A DNA stretch of 61,024 bases, filler included, from Sphacelaria rigidula (Eukaryota): the NCBI GenBank assembly GCA_964200075.2. It is 7 parts of 7 records of this genome, joined end to end, with 100 filler letters (N's around TTAATTAATTAA, not from the genome) between each part and the next. Parts side by side here need not be neighbours in the genome. Positions count along the whole stretch, not along the records: positions 8,734 to 17,365 come from CAXNAA020010540.1; positions 17,466 to 26,097 come from CAXNAA020010541.1; 5 more parts are not named here. One strand, 5' to 3'. A program made the position numbers and the translations under genes. Shown in pieces: positions 9,983-24,058 of this stretch (position 1 is the stretch's first letter; each line of letters starts with the position of its first letter). The notes under the pieces are model-generated. The model saw nothing but the letters and a program-made list of their open reading frames with translations. It ran no database searches and was not told the DNA's origin.

Positions 9983-12900
9983 CCACCAAGGAACAAAAGA
10001 AATCGAATCACCTGAAGCTGTGAGCAAGGATATCCTGACGATCGACGTGTACTGTACTGCGTTGGACTGTCTCCCCACGCGCTGTCAACTTACGATTGTT
10101 ACAAGATCGACGGTGAGACGGTTTGGAGTTTGAATACCGTAGTCCTGTAGATGTAAAAATGATCGGTGTGTATTAAATAAATGAACATAAACGAACTCGT
10201 GCACAAATGAATGGCAGTCAAATAATAAGTAGAATGAAAGGTCCCACATGAAACAGAGAAATTCCGTAATCGTTGACCGAAGTTTTGTTGTTTGCCTAGT
10301 TCGGTGATCAGCCGGCACTGTAGAGTTAAGCAAATACTGACAACAACTGGAGACTGCTGTTTACTTGTATCAGCTACCATACAGTCTGTCCGTCTCATAG
10401 TGCTTCCAACCGGGACTATTGTGTCGACTGTTGTCATCCGTGACGTATTGATCTCTTCTCTTCCGATTTTCCGAAATGCTCTTTTCCAACGGAGCATCAG
10501 GCAGTGTGACGTTTCGGTCTCCACATGCGAAAATTCTTTGATTCGCCCAAATTGATAACCGCGGAAGTGATGACCCATTTTGCTGTCTGAGAATGGTCCT
10601 CTGTCAATCCCCTTTGCGCCTAACGTCGCTGGCTGCTGTGCTTATCCTCCGACGCTTGTAGAGGCGTGTCCACGGCGGTGGCGCAGCAAATATTTCCAAC
10701 CGACTGAGTTTGATGTGTTGGGTGCATCCGTAACAGCGGTCACAGCTGTTCGGGTGGTGTTCATACTGCATACCGTACAGTCAACGTGAAATATCCGTAT
10801 AGGCTATACATTTTATAGTATAAACTGCAGATGATTCGATATTTCAACTGACCGCATGCATGCAGCGTTTATTCTACGTGAAGCCGCTTTCTACGGCATC
10901 TATGCACGCCTGCAACGTGTCCGAACAAACGCACACGTGTATGTCCCTATCAAGGTCCAGGGATACCGTGGAAATGCTGTCCACTTGGATTCTCGGTTCA
11001 CTGATCATGTAGCTGTAAATTCGGCCGCGCACAGTAGACTGTTCGAATGTACTCCCATTGTCTGTCTGGTGCCGTTGAACTGGGGATATAAATGCAGGTC
11101 ATCTGCTGTGTGCACCCCCCCATCACCTGAAATAGCGTTGTCAAGATGTTTGCGCAGTGCATAAACCAAGCTGATACCCATATTTCTGCAACCTGCATGA
11201 CATCGTCAATCATTCTCCTACTACTGATCAATTGATACTGATATGCATGAGATCATATACCAACTGACTATGATGCTTGGGGTGTAGAAATGACAGCGAT
11301 GCCATATATATGCATTCAACAGGATAGCGGGTATTTAAAGCGCAATCCCCCGCCCCAAGTAGCCACATGTATCAGTCGACAAGCGTTGAGTCAGTCATCA
11401 TCGATCTGCTGCTGTCCAACCTTGCTTTTGCCCTGACACGTTGTAACCGAGAGGCAAACCGCCAAACAGATAGTGAGTGAAGCGCACGAAGGCGTACACG
11501 GGGAAACATGATGTTGCATGGAGCTAGGGGGGGTATCACCTGCGACCACGTAAAAGATCATGCTATGCTTGCTTTACACGCCGTGGCAGGTCAGATCTTT
11601 CGCACACAGCCATGAAAACGTTGAAGCAATGGATGAATCTTTACACCCCGTCATGTGGATGAAATGTCATGGTTCGATACTCTAGCTGGAAATGGTGCCA
11701 GTTCAGTGGGCACCAGGCTAGCGGCTCGAACACAATCATTAGTATCGAAGCCATTGAGCTCGATTTGACCAAGTGTAAAGTCAGCCACCGCACCAGTGGT
11801 CAGGTGGCATGCCGTGAGCCGCGCAGGCTGCAGCACAACATGTGTTGCATGAAGGTCAGGCTTACATATGTGAAGACCAGAGAATCCTTTGAGATAGCAG
11901 TCCATGATGGCGTAGATGCTCCTGTATTATTGGCGTACAGGCTAACTTGGGCTTTGCTAGTTGAGATGCATGGTCCAAAACGCTGTGACCCAAAGGGGGC
12001 AGGCAACTCAATTCAATCAAACAATGTACTATGACCCATCAGGTACCAAGCATGACAAAGTGTGACAAATGGAACCCAGTCGACTGGAACATGACCAATA
12101 AATCTGTAACATGCCCCTTGCCAGATTTATATGGCTACACAAAAAATTATTGGAGGGCTGGAAGGGCCAGAATAAAAACAAAGCCTGTGCATCATACGCC
12201 TGAAAGTAAAACGAGAAAAACCTGCTAAATTACAGTACAGGGGAAAACTCGTTGCAGATCTAATGAATAGGTAAACCCTGATAAGCAGGGGAAAACTCCA
12301 TCCGTTAGGAAAGGAAAAAGTCTATAATGCCCTTTCCAACGAGAGAAACAGCAGACAAGTACGGTCGCTGTGGTTTTCCCGGGATCTCAGTTAGACTGGA
12401 GAACGATCGGCTAGTTAGCGTGATCGCGCGTCGACACCCTGGATCAGTTACACTGGATTCTGGGGTAGTGCGGGGGTCCAACCTCGCTAAAAACAACCTT
12501 TCCACGAACTGATCAATAGCTACAGAGGTGCAGCCTTTGAGGGGTGCTCTTCTGTAACTACTGACACCTATTCTACTGGAAATAGAGCCCACGCGCCTTG
12601 GCTCACACATGTGCCCGTATGTTACCAAATGGGGAGCAATCAACAACAAAGCGACAAAAGAAAATTACCAGAACACTCGGAATCCATGACTGAAGCGTAC
12701 GGTAGCAGCGATATATAGTTACTCATTGCCTTATTTCATCACCGCGTTCCTCTCGCAATAATATCATATACCACATCACACAGCAGCTATTCGTAAACAT
12801 CGATGGCTGCAGTCTATCCTTGGCTCCTTCGTTTCAGCTTGGGGCGCTCAAGTTCCCGACGAGATAGCTCTTTCCTTTCTCCATCTTCGTATCGTACTCG

Positions 12901-13039
12901 CCGAAGCGATTGCCATAATCATACACTTGGCGCTTCAGATGGGCACTGCTCTAGCCTTTCCAGGAGGTAGCACCTATGAGCAAAAAGCTTCAGAGCATCA
13001 CTCATGGGGGAGCGGGGTGCTCTGAGTGCGATGGCGGGG

Positions 13040-13660
13040 TCGAAGAAACTGTGGGGCGATACACGTGCAAAAGGCCCATGACGCAGTATGGAGCAATGGG
13101 TTGTGGGAAAATATATGAGGAACTGTGATCAAATGAAAGGTGTGGATGATGAAGACGACAGAAATGTGCCAAAGTGCGATGATGCTAGACAGGGAAATAT
13201 CGAAATATCTTGATATTTTGCAAGGAGTCGTACCAGGATGTACGTAATCACCCTCTCTACTCGAGGTATTCGTTGATGACCTGATACAAGCATGAGACAT
13301 GGCAAAGCAAGGGGTGAAGTTGATGAAGAACTGGAAACAGTGCAGCTGGCCGCAGCTCAGAGAAGACTTTGATGCGGAAACGGTGCAAATGACAGCGGCT
13401 AAAAGAATACTTGGATAATAAAATTAGTGAACAAGTTGGGAACAGTACAGATTGCAACAGCTCAGAGAATACTTGGATGCAGTGAAGTTGGTGAAGGATT
13501 TGGGAACAGTATAGATGACAGCAGCTAGGAGAATTACTTGGATGCTCGAAACAAATGAGTACGCCCCCCCCCTTTGGTGAAGGAGTTGGGAACAGTACAG
13601 ATTACAGCAGCTGAGGAAATTACTTGAATGCTCGAAACAAATGAGTACGCCCCCCCCCCT
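13040..13660 (+). pseudogene. Decayed non-LTR (LINE) reverse transcriptase fragment
   Basis: Reads HVQKAHDAVWSNGLW...MLDREISKYLDILQGVVPGCT*SPSLLEVFVDDLI (RT motifs DxxKAYDxV, GVxQGxxLSPxLF), then KLVKxLETVQxxAA-like repeats; stops present. Confidence 0.8.
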
Positions 13661-15555
13661 TCGAAGTATTTCCTTTTTCCCCACCCGTCAGTGCCTGAGA
13701 CAACGTAGAGTTCCCGACAATCCAACACGGTGACAGATACAGGCAATGCAATCCAACACGGGGACAAATTCAGGGGTCAGATGGGTTGTGGGTGTAGCAT
13801 TCCAGTTTGGTCCACCCCAGGGTGGGACGCAAACACTTCGGGTATGGAGTGTTTCGGATGGGGTGGGCGGATATGGAAGGAACCTCTTGCTTTTGAGACA
13901 GCTGTAGTACGTGTATCATGTTTACAGCCAGTCCAGAGCTCGAAGGGAAACGTGTCAGACGGTAGCATGGCGTCGGGTCGTTGGGTAGGGTACGATTGCG
14001 CAAGAGTGTGCGTGAAACGTACTCTCTCTGGGGCCAAGATTTGTACAATTCTGTAACCTTTTCAGCAGCCTTTCCCCTAGGTTCTCGAATCCCGTGAAAC
14101 TGTAGACATAATCATGGCGAAAATAAACGTAGACAAGGCATGCTGAACGAGAATATAATACTGAGGTACGTTGTACTTAATATGCGGAGACAAAGCACAG
14201 AAATGACAAGAGACGTGACCTCACACGCATGAGTCGTACATTAATGGTCATTGGGCGAGTTTCTAGTTCGTATGCCATATCCCAGCTGAGCCGCCATGAG
14301 ACGACCGGATTGTGGTAGTGAAGTCTTGCTGCAGTTGTACAGCACATGAGTTTGACGGCAAAAGGAGAGCGCGCGTTGCGTTGCGTTTGGAGGGGGCTGG
14401 TTGTATGCCGGTATTATCGATCAACAGGCTAAGGAACCTGTGAGACCCTGCAGTAAAGATATATGTGGCGAATTTGGCGAATTTTACTGAACATAAAACC
14501 GTGTAGTCAACAAACTTTGCCGGGGAAAGTTGGGTGAGCAACACCTCGGTCAAGAAGCTTGTGCATTTCTTTTCTGATCATGCGGCGTGCTCATGGTGGG
14601 AAGCAGCGTTGTTTTGTGGCAAAGGGTGTGCACGCGAGACAACAACCAGCAAAAAATATGGAACTCGTACTTCGCCCTCCCCAAGGGGGTTCAGCGACCA
14701 CATCGGCGGAATGAGTGTCTGAAAGCCATATGTATGGTCTGTAGGAAATGTCAAAAACACTGTATGTGGTCGCACAGTCACCTTGCATGGTACGCTAGAC
14801 ATGAAGGGCAAAAATATAAAGCAGGGCAACTAAGTCTGCGTACTGCACAAGTAATGATAAGACATTGCACGAAAATATTTGTGGTTGCATGGTATCGAAA
14901 GCCAAGTTGAAAGCACCTGAACAAAGTAGTATCCAACTACGGTATCATCAAGGGACAAGGTAGTAGTCAACTACGGTACAGGGTGCGTCAAGAAGTCAAC
15001 CTGTTGAATAGCAAACTTACACAATCGATCACCAGAGTGGGATAAAAATGGAGATCACGTCAAGTGACACCAAGGCAATAACGCTGCCACCAGAATCCTA
15101 TAAAAAGGTACACGGGAATAGCTATACCAAGCCAGATTGCTGACACTCCACGCCGGAACATACCGTCATGAGCAAACCGTTCACTGTTTCCTGCGTGTCC
15201 TCCCCAAAGCAATCACGTTTAGCGCCGGTCCCCTCATCGGGATGTGACATACCCAAGGCAAGAGTGTAGGTGAAACAAGGGAGGAAGTAATAGAGGGCAC
15301 GGTTGGTATGCGTTGAAAGTCTTGGAGTCAGTGAAAATATGGCTTGGTTTTATACCACGTGACGCAGATCGGAATGTCATGTGCCGGGCGGTAAATTCGG
15401 CGCTTCGGCCTTGCGAACCAGATAGATGAAACGATTACAAGCGGAATCCTGCTCAAGCATGATAAGTACAGGCAGCGCAACAGACAAGGCCCTGCAGATA
15501 GCCTACACCCGCACGGTCAAATAAAAATATCACGAGCGCCAAATACAATAGAAAA

Positions 15556-15726
15556 TTACCAGAACATGAAATGGAAAATAGTGCAGCTCGAAAGAGCAAG
15601 ACGACGGCGGCACAAATGATGAGACAATCAAAATAAAATTCGAAATTTCCAGAACATGAAATAAAAAATAGTGCAGCTCGAAAGAGCACGACGACGGCGG
15701 CGCAAAATTATGAAGCACTCAAAATA
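15556..15726. repeat. Two ~90-bp direct repeats
   Basis: CCAGAACATGAAAT...AAAATAGTGCAGCTCGAAAGAGCA.GACGACGGCGGC.CAAA occurs twice. Confidence 0.85.
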
Positions 15727-16263
15727 CAAACGAGGGGCTTAAAAGACAGTTATGGTAGACGCGACACCCGGAGATGCAGACATTATGAGTATGTAAGGTG
15801 AAAGAAAAGCAAACAAGATCGAAATAAAATGGAAGCTTTACTGCATGCGCATTCCACAAATCCTCATGGCCACAATAAAAATGCAACCCCGGAAACAAAG
15901 TACATACTGATCATGGTGGGTTGATTGCCCCAAATATTTTCGCAACAAAACTACCGGAATAATAAAGAGAATGTCTAGAACACGATCATTGCTGGTGAGG
16001 TACAGCGATGATATTATGGCTGACCAGGTGTAGATTAGGCGAAGGTGATACAATACAGGCGACAATGACAAAACAAAAACTGTGTGATCAGATCGAAGCA
16101 AGGTTCATAAAGAACATGAGGGCGGAAAATGCGCGTGCACATGACAACATGCGATGCGATAGCGAGCGAGAAAAGTACAGCCGACAGTAGGCGGTAGAGG
16201 CAAAAACAACACAACAAGCGGGAAAATAACAGCCAACCAGGGTAGCAGAAAGCACGGTGGAAA

Positions 16264-16397
<134 letters not shown>

Positions 16398-16419
16398 CAC
16401 AAAGCAGCAACAACCAACG

Positions 16420-16622
16420 ACACACAGCAGCTGCGCGGCAGCGACGAACAACAGCATAGAAAAACGGCACAGCCGTGCGGCAAGCAGCAGCAACATACAG
16501 CGGCGGCACGGCAGCAACGAACAGCGGCACACAATAACAGCACAGCCGTGCGGCGAGCAGCAGCAACACACAGCGGCGGCACGGCAGCGACGAACAGCAG
16601 CACACAACAACAGCGAAAACCA
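16420..16622. repeat. About three copies of a ~66-bp CAG-rich unit
   Basis: CACAGCGGCGGCACGGCAGC.ACGAACAGC.GCACACAA.AACAGC repeated. Confidence 0.85.
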
Positions 16623-17365
16623 TAACAACAGACAATAAAGACGCGGCTACACAGCTTCCGCAGCTGTCTGGAGCCTGATGTCCCGAAACGCCCCGACGTA
16701 ATTGTAGGTCCTCTGGTTCGTTGACTCGTGCAATCTCGTTCGACCTTTGTGCCTTTTATCAATTGTTTTGGCTAGGTTATTTCACTTTTGCTTTGGACGT
16801 CTGCAGTGGCGTGCTGATGAACCATCCCGGATGAGCTCGTGCATAAAGCCGTTGGTGGCTCATTGCGTGGGTTGCATTTAACGAAATGCAATGCGGCGGG
16901 TACGGAACACAGAGCACCCACGGGGCAAAACAAACTACATAGCCCACGCTCAACTATTGATGCTCAACGTGCGTATGGTCGGTAGACAGAACAAAAGAGT
17001 ACGAAGAGCCGAAGCAGTATACCATCATAGTACACTGTAAATGCTCTCATAGTACACTGTACATGCTCTCCAAACATCCCAGTGACACAAAGTCGTGAAC
17101 TTCAAAAACACTATCTACTACATGCTGAATGATGTTGCGGGTAAGATACGCTGTGGACACTACAATTCGTGAACAGGGACACTATTTACTCTATATAAAA
17201 GAAGTAACATTTTACCTGATCCGACCCACACGCCAGCAAACCCTCCCCTCCGAAGGTTTGTGTTGGGGACATGCCAGTGTTGACTCTACACAAGCAAAGA
17301 ACAACAAATTGTGCGAATTGAGGTTTAACTTCGAGATGAGGCTCAAGCCTAAAACAGTGCTTCCC

Positions 17366-17465
17366 NNNNNNNNNNNNNNNNNNNNNNNNNNNNNNNNNNN
17401 NNNNNNNNNTTAATTAATTAANNNNNNNNNNNNNNNNNNNNNNNNNNNNNNNNNNNNNNNNNNNN
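17366..17465. other. Artificial contig spacer
   Basis: N44-TTAATTAATTAA-N44. Confidence 0.99.
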
Positions 17466-17749
17466 GCCTTTACAGGCACAAAACCATTTAGAACTTAGGG
17501 AGTAAAGACTGCTGCCGAGATACCCCCCCCCCCCGAACCGGCCAAAAACGTGCACGCAGGTGATGGTCACAAATGCCGTTGAAGCTGGATTCGTGCTGCA
17601 CGACGCGACTCATTCGGGCGTTATAGCTGATTTCGGACAGCTACATGCCTCTCATGTGGGCGACATTGTTGCAAACGAGCCCGATAGTGGGATCGCAACC
17701 GGTTCGTCGGGCGGTCTCCGGTGCACTTTTTGTGGGGGGCTATCTCGGC

Positions 17750-20700
17750 ATTAGTCGAAACTCGTACATGATAGTACGTGATGATTGCTCGCGGCACACC
17801 AAATTGTTTTTTCTGTGCACAAAGGATGAGACCGTACAGTACTTTAATAAATACATCGCAGAAATTCACCCGCGAAAAACCGAGAAGGTCCGCAGTGATG
17901 GTGGAGGTGAATTTTCGGAGGGGCCGTTCGAGGAACTATGTGATAAAGAGGGCATAAAGCAAGAGAAAACAACTGCTGACTCCCCACAGTCCAAGGGCGT
18001 AGCGGAACGGGCAGTTGGCATCATAGAGTCGGCCGGCCTTGCAGCCAAAATTCAAGCATCGGAGATGTACCCGAACCAGAATATTCCAACGAGCAAGAAT
18101 CTGTGGGCGGGACAAGCTAGCTGGGCATGCCATGCTTTGGACTGTACTGCGACCTCGGCTAACCCGGGAAACAAGACGCCACACGAAATTTGGCACGGAG
18201 TACCACCGGCAAAGAACCTTCTTCCTTTTCTAAAGCCTGAATTTTGTAGGGTTCAGAGGACAGACAAGTTACAACGAAAAGCTCAGAGGTGCTGGTGCCT
18301 TAGCCCAGCCCAGGATACCCGCGCGATGCTATGAGAGTGATGACGGAAATAGGACAAACTATTACGACCAGGCACGTAACATGGGCGTATGTTCTCCCTA
18401 CTCCTCTCCCCGCCCCACAGCAAGCAATCCCGACGCCCGACGGAGCGAGGGATGACAAGATCGACGGAGGGCCGGCCGGCAGCGAGTCCGCGGAGCAGCA
18501 AACCCCGGTGTCGCGTGCTTTACCCCGCGGTTCACGTCACATGTCGTTCGTGCTCCCCAACTCGGATCTGAACGCAGACGCCGCACAACAGACCCCCGCT
18601 GTTGGCGCGGGGGGGGGGAGATGACCTCGCCGCCTCCTTGCAGAGGCGGAGGGGGGCGCGGGATTTTACGCAACCCTGTTCAGCATCTCAATGATGATGG
18701 GGATCAGCGCCGCCCACATCGCCGCCGACAGTGACCTCGCCACCGACACTAATATCGCCGCCGACAGCAACATCGCCGCCGGCAACGCCGACAGCAACAA
18801 CGCCGCCGACAGCCAAGTCGCCGCCGACAACGCCGACAGTAACAACGCCGCCGACTCCGCCGACACCAACAACCCCGACACCCGTAGCCCCCCCCGAGCG
18901 CAACGACGGGGGGGGGGGGTGGAGCTCCCGAAATCCCAAGGACGGGGCTACGCCGTCTTGCACTCGACGACGAGTTGTCTCTGCCTCCACAAATGGCAGG
19001 TCGCACGCGCAGTGCGACGAGAGCGGCAGCCGACCAAAACGAGCTAGCATCGGCGGCAGAGGAAAAACTCGAGAGATTGGTGGCGGGGGAAATAAACAAT
19101 TTTTTCCTTCGTGCGCTGGCGAGAAATCAGACGAGAGCTGAAGCGGATACTGTGCTGTATGGAATAGCAGAGGATACGTGCGACGTGACGGAGCTGATCA
19201 CTGCAGCAGCCGGACCAGAGGTGGGAAGCAGCGCGGCCATGCTGATCGAAGAAACCTTCGCGGAGCAGGAGTACTTTTGTTTTTCAGCCGAAAACGGGAC
19301 GGAGGAGGAGCCCAGTTTTGGTTTGCGTTCCCCCGTCGGTCTGCACGTGAGAGATGTGGAAACTCCCCCCGTAACAGTAGAAGACATAGAAAAGTCGGAA
19401 TACAAGGAAATATGGTTGAGTGCCATGCGTGCAGAACTAAATGGGCATGAAACCGCAGGTACATTCTCAAATGGAGAAATTCCAAAAGAAGTAAACATAA
19501 TCACAGCCAAATGGGTGTTCACTTGGAAAACCGACGCTAATGGTACTGTAACTAAAGCGAAAGCTAGATTAGTGGCGCGTGGGTTTGGTCAGAGATTCGC
19601 GGTGGATTATTTTGAGACGTTTGCAGCCACCCCGGCCATGACATCAATAAAATTGGTCATGGCCGTGGCAGTACAGAGATAATGGCCACTCTATCACTTC
19701 GACGTTACGCAGGCTTTTATACGAGCCAAAATGGACACGAACGTGTTCATGATTCTCCCAGAAGAGTGTGGCCCCCTGACAGGTAGCACGGTTAGGCTGG
19801 AAAAATCTTTATACGGAGTAAAACAAGCAGGAAGGCAATGGTCCCTCCTCCTGAACAAAACACTGATGGAGGATGTAAAAATGTCGCAAAGTAAGGCTGA
19901 CCCGTGTGTGTACAGACTGGAGGAAAGGGGGGAAGCGTGTGCAATACTTGTTGTGCACGTGGACGACATTCTAATCGGGGGAGAAACGAAAAGAGTGGAA
20001 ACGGTATGTCATATCCTCAACAACAGATTCCCGACGAACGACTTGGGTGAAGCCCAGTGGTATATGGGGTGTGCCATAGAGAGGAATTGGAAAAGAGGTA
20101 CCATGTTCGTGAATCAGACGACCTTTGTCGACACCATGCTGAAGCGTTCCGACGTTACGGAATTTTCTGATATTCCCGCATCAGTGTCTGCAGATTTGGG
20201 ACCGGTGAAGCAAGGTGATGAGGTTTTAGATAAGCCATACCGGAGTGCCGTGGGAGGTTTGATGTGGCTAGCTGGGGTAACCAGGCCTGACATAGCAAAT
20301 GCAGCCCGAGACCTGGCCCGACAATCACATGACTCATGTGAAAGACACTGGCGAGGGGTGTTAAAAGTTCTGGCGTACCTTAACACGACCAGAAACTACG
20401 GTCTTACTTTTAGTTCAGGTGAGAGTAGGCTCACAGTTTATTGTGATGCTGACTACGCGAAGAAAGATACAGACCGGCGGTCAGTTTCCGGTGTAGTTGT
20501 CATGTACGGGGGAAGAGCAGTATTAAGTACTAGTCGAATGCAACACTGCGTTACCCTGTCAACCACCGAGGCCGAGTACGTAGCTATGGCGGAAGGGGCG
20601 AAGGAATGCATGTTTGTCAGATCGGTACTGTCTTTCCTACGACCGAAGGTCGTGTTGGGACGACAAGTAGAATACGATATTGTTCTCTTTGAAGACAATG

Positions 20701-20920
20701 AGAGGGCTAAGGCTCTAGCCGACAACCCTCTCAGCTCAGGTCGAGTAAGCACATCGACGTGAATTGGCATTTTATTAGGGACTTGGTTAGGACGGGAGCA
20801 GTAAGGATTGTTCATGTGGATTCGGAGTGGCAACACGCCGATATTCTTACAAAGCCGCTCCCATTCACGCTGTTCAACAGGCACCGTCGCGCCTTGAAGA
20901 ACACTGGGGACAGCGAGTAG
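17750..20920 (+). pseudogene. Copia pol (integrase core, RT, RNase H) with lesions
   Basis: Integrase IVRDDCSR...RSDGGGEF...KGVAER; RT KAKARLVARGF, SLYGVKQAGRQW, VHVDD; RNase H YCDADYA, TTEAEY, KHIDV, HADILTKPL. Frameshifts near 18320, in the 18600-18980 linker and near 20745; in-frame TAA at 19680-19682. Confidence 0.95.
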
Positions 20921-21224
20921 ACACATATTTTGTTTTGTGTGTGTCTTCCGATTTGTCAGCTAGCTCTAGATGTTTCAGGTCATGGTTTACGTAATGCATC
21001 TGCGCTTTCATTGGGTGAAGCCGCTCACGCTACTTTGTGGGGCATTGATTTGCAGGGCGTTTCCCGTTGTTCAGTACAGGTGCCCTGGCCTGGGCGTCTG
21101 CGAAAAAGGGCTATTTGTTTTGAGCGCAAGCGGTGGAGTTTGTGTGAAAAGGTCTTTTTGCTCGGAAGGCCGAGTTTCCTCCTTAATTTTGTTTTTTGAG
21201 CTTTGAGTGCTGAGGTATCCGATC

Positions 21225-21489
21225 AGGGGGGGTGTTCGAGTGATTCAGATACCCAGTAATGCTGGATCTACGTAGAACCGGGGGTCGGGGTGACGTACGA
21301 GTACCGACAGTCAAGTGTGTGCAAATGTGGTACAGTACATCTGAGAGCAGCGGAGAAGTCCGCCTCCCTTGATCATTCTCATTCATCTACCTCCATCTCG
21401 TCAGCACTCCCCCAAGTTATAGTAGAACTTGGGTGGTCTTCAATAAAAGATCTGAAACCATTACCCTGTGCCTGAGCCAAGGAATAACA
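21225..21489 (+). repeat. PPT (21225-21232) and 3' LTR (21233-21489) of the copia element
   Basis: AGGGGGGG then TGTT...AACA; AATAAA at 21442. Confidence 0.85.
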
Positions 21490-22509
21490 AGACACGTCCC
21501 ATGTTCAAGTTCTTCGGCTGATTTTAAACGGGCCCTCACTGTTTGCAGGGTGCCGATGTTGAACGATCGGACATGGTCGCCCTTCGCGCAAATAATTGTA
21601 AATCAAATTGTCCCCATGTATGGGTCCGGTACCTGAAATCCGTGACGCGGCACACGGTCACTCTTGTACAATACACACAGTCTGTACTGTCTGCACTGCT
21701 TGCAAGTAGGGTGTCTTGAGTGCGTGTGTGCGTGTTTCGTTTAGGAGGATATGAAGGAGAAGCGGGCAACATGTAGTGCAGAGAGCCCAGGACTATCAGT
21801 CCTCCCTGCTAACAATGCGACGTGAAGAGGACTTCAGCAACGTGCAGCTTTGTACAGACTGCACTATCCATGAGCGTGCACGTTATTCGGTTGAACACCG
21901 TACCACGCAATTATGTCGCTGATGTCCATCATGAGAAAATACGTGCAAGTTTTCACCACCAAAAAATAACAAAGCATACCCAGCTGCTGCAGTGTATCTA
22001 TCCACAAGTGATAGCGTGCTGTCCACCTCCCCTGTCCGAGTACAGACTGTACTCTGCAAGCACAGAGAATACAGTAGTGACGGTGTCATACTGTATACAG
22101 TCCGTCTTCAGGTTCTAAAACTACAAAACACTGCAGAACTGCCGTGTTGTCTGGTGTTCAGTGTAGTACTCTGCACTTCATATACCACTGCAGAGTTGTC
22201 TTGTGCTCTGAGTGTATCCTGTACTCCAGATAATGGGGTCATGTTTTCAGCGGGTTCTGTTTGTTTTTTGAAAAGATCTCGAAAAGTTCTGCCCGTTTTT
22301 CTGTCACAGAAATCCAATACCGGATCTGGAATAGCCTGAGACAACAACCAATTTGAAAATTGGAATTTCCCTTCTTTTTTCATTGTCAGTCCAACAAATT
22401 GGACCGTTATTCCCCCTTCTTGCTCGTCAGTGTTTCATTCATCAATTGAAACACGTCACAGCATCGTGTCGTACTCCTAACAAAAGCTCATTGAACAATG
22501 CTACTCCTA

Positions 22510-22712
22510 GGGGTGCACCTTTTGCGCAAAATCTTGTCTGGCTCAGGGGCTCCTAACGAGTCTAGATGCACAAGAATATTGGTCAGGGCATCCCCTTTTG
22601 CAAATTCATTGGGGATATCCCTGAGACATTGAAATGGCAATCCTGGGGTACTTTCCCGTATTTTCGTAAGTCGTCTCTTAGATGAGATGAAGGGTTCCTA
22701 ACAATTCTAACC
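22510..22712. repeat. Diverged dispersed repeat, paralog at ~38180-38380
   Basis: Shared CACAAGAATAT.GGTCAGG, TTTGCAAATTCAT..GGGATATCCCT and GATGAGAT.AAGGGTTCCTAACAATTCTA. Confidence 0.8.
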
Positions 22713-23572
22713 TTGGAAAATATCTGTTCACCCCTACCGTAGCATCACTTCATTCTCCATCAGAAGCTATGATGGGCTCTCTCATCAATCTCATTAAAAC
22801 CTACTTCATGTTCGCCGAGGACACACTACTTCGAGTGAGTTGTTTCTAGTTACTTGGAGGGGAGGTGAGGATGAGTTTCGTCAGTCCGGACAGAAAACGC
22901 TTCAAGATGTCGTGTCGTTACCATATACATGAAATGAAGGCATTCGAGGGATGCTACGGTTGGGGTGCACTACGTTTTACTCGAAAGGTTTTTGAGGCTG
23001 CACACTAAGACCCAGACAGATGTTTGTCATCGAGGAGCTCTGACAGTGCAGAGCCTCATTAAACATAATGTGGACCCCTCCAGTCAGTAGAACCACTCAT
23101 TTCTCATGGAAGTCAAACAGTCAAATCGGTATGTGATTGGTACAGCGGGCGCAGCGCTCTCAAAGTCGGCATGATTGACTTGATTGATTGTTGCACTTTA
23201 ATTGATCCCCCAGGGATTCATTCGGCCACGGTCATATGATTCACGTGCCCGAAATAAAACGAAATGGAGATTATTCGCTGATTTGTTTTTTGAAAAAACA
23301 GCAAACAGAAAGGTATACCAGACAAAACAGAGCAAGTACACTATGAAAAAAAGGAAAAAGAAGATAATGGAAACACAAAGAAAAAACAAGAAAAAAAGTG
23401 AGAAAACAAGAAAAGATAACGAGAGAAAAAAAAAAACTAGAACTGGCCGGCCTCCGCCAAATGGCTTCGGTGGGAAAGGTCTTGCGAAAAAACCACACTC
23501 GTCATGCCCAATCGTAATAAACAAAAAGCCGTGGGAACGGATCGCGGCTCTCATCCATTTCGGCCCCACTAC

Positions 23573-23731
23573 CTTAGACGTGAGTAAATTTTGATCCCTT
23601 CCTGAAGCGGGACAAACTCAGGATGAAGCAGGGTCCCCACCTGAAGCCTGTGCCGCCTCAAAAGTGGACGGCGACCGTCGTGCTTTCCAAGCTCTTGGTT
23701 GTCACCGGGGTGGTTGCTCACGGAAGCAAGA
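23573..23731 (-). CDS. Possible further exon of the unknown contig-3 gene (LASVSNHPGD...GIKIYSRL)
   Basis: aag| acceptor and AG|gtagtg donor; phase 2-2, compatible with a donor at 24062. Confidence 0.35.
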
Positions 23732-24058
23732 CTTTCGGATGCGACCACGACAAACATCCGCATAAGCAGCCACTATATCTATGCACGATGTACTGTACCC
23801 GACGTGTATCCAACCCTTTGCTTGGATCATGTTCCATCTGCAATATACACACGCGATTCCCGTATATGCACAGCATCTGCCAAAGGGTACATTATGATCA
23901 AGTCTTGTACCCGTCTCCTACCGCCCAACCTTTGTCGTACTGTTTACACCGAATCCCTTGTGTTGCAATGAATCTAGATCTAGCAGAGCAATATATCCAC
24001 GGCATCTGCCAAAGCGCGGGACCAAGCCACGCATTCCCCCCGCCTACTATTAATAGTG

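Larger units (their letters stand above)
17466..21489 (+). mobile_element. Ty1/copia LTR retrotransposon, 5' truncated by the contig edge, disabled
   Basis: Domain order integrase-RT-RNaseH, then PPT and 3' LTR. Confidence 0.95.

Noticed and set aside
10085..12650. Scattered minus-strand exon candidates in contig 2 (also 14240-15260)
   Set aside because: Could not assemble a phase-consistent model or recognise a domain.
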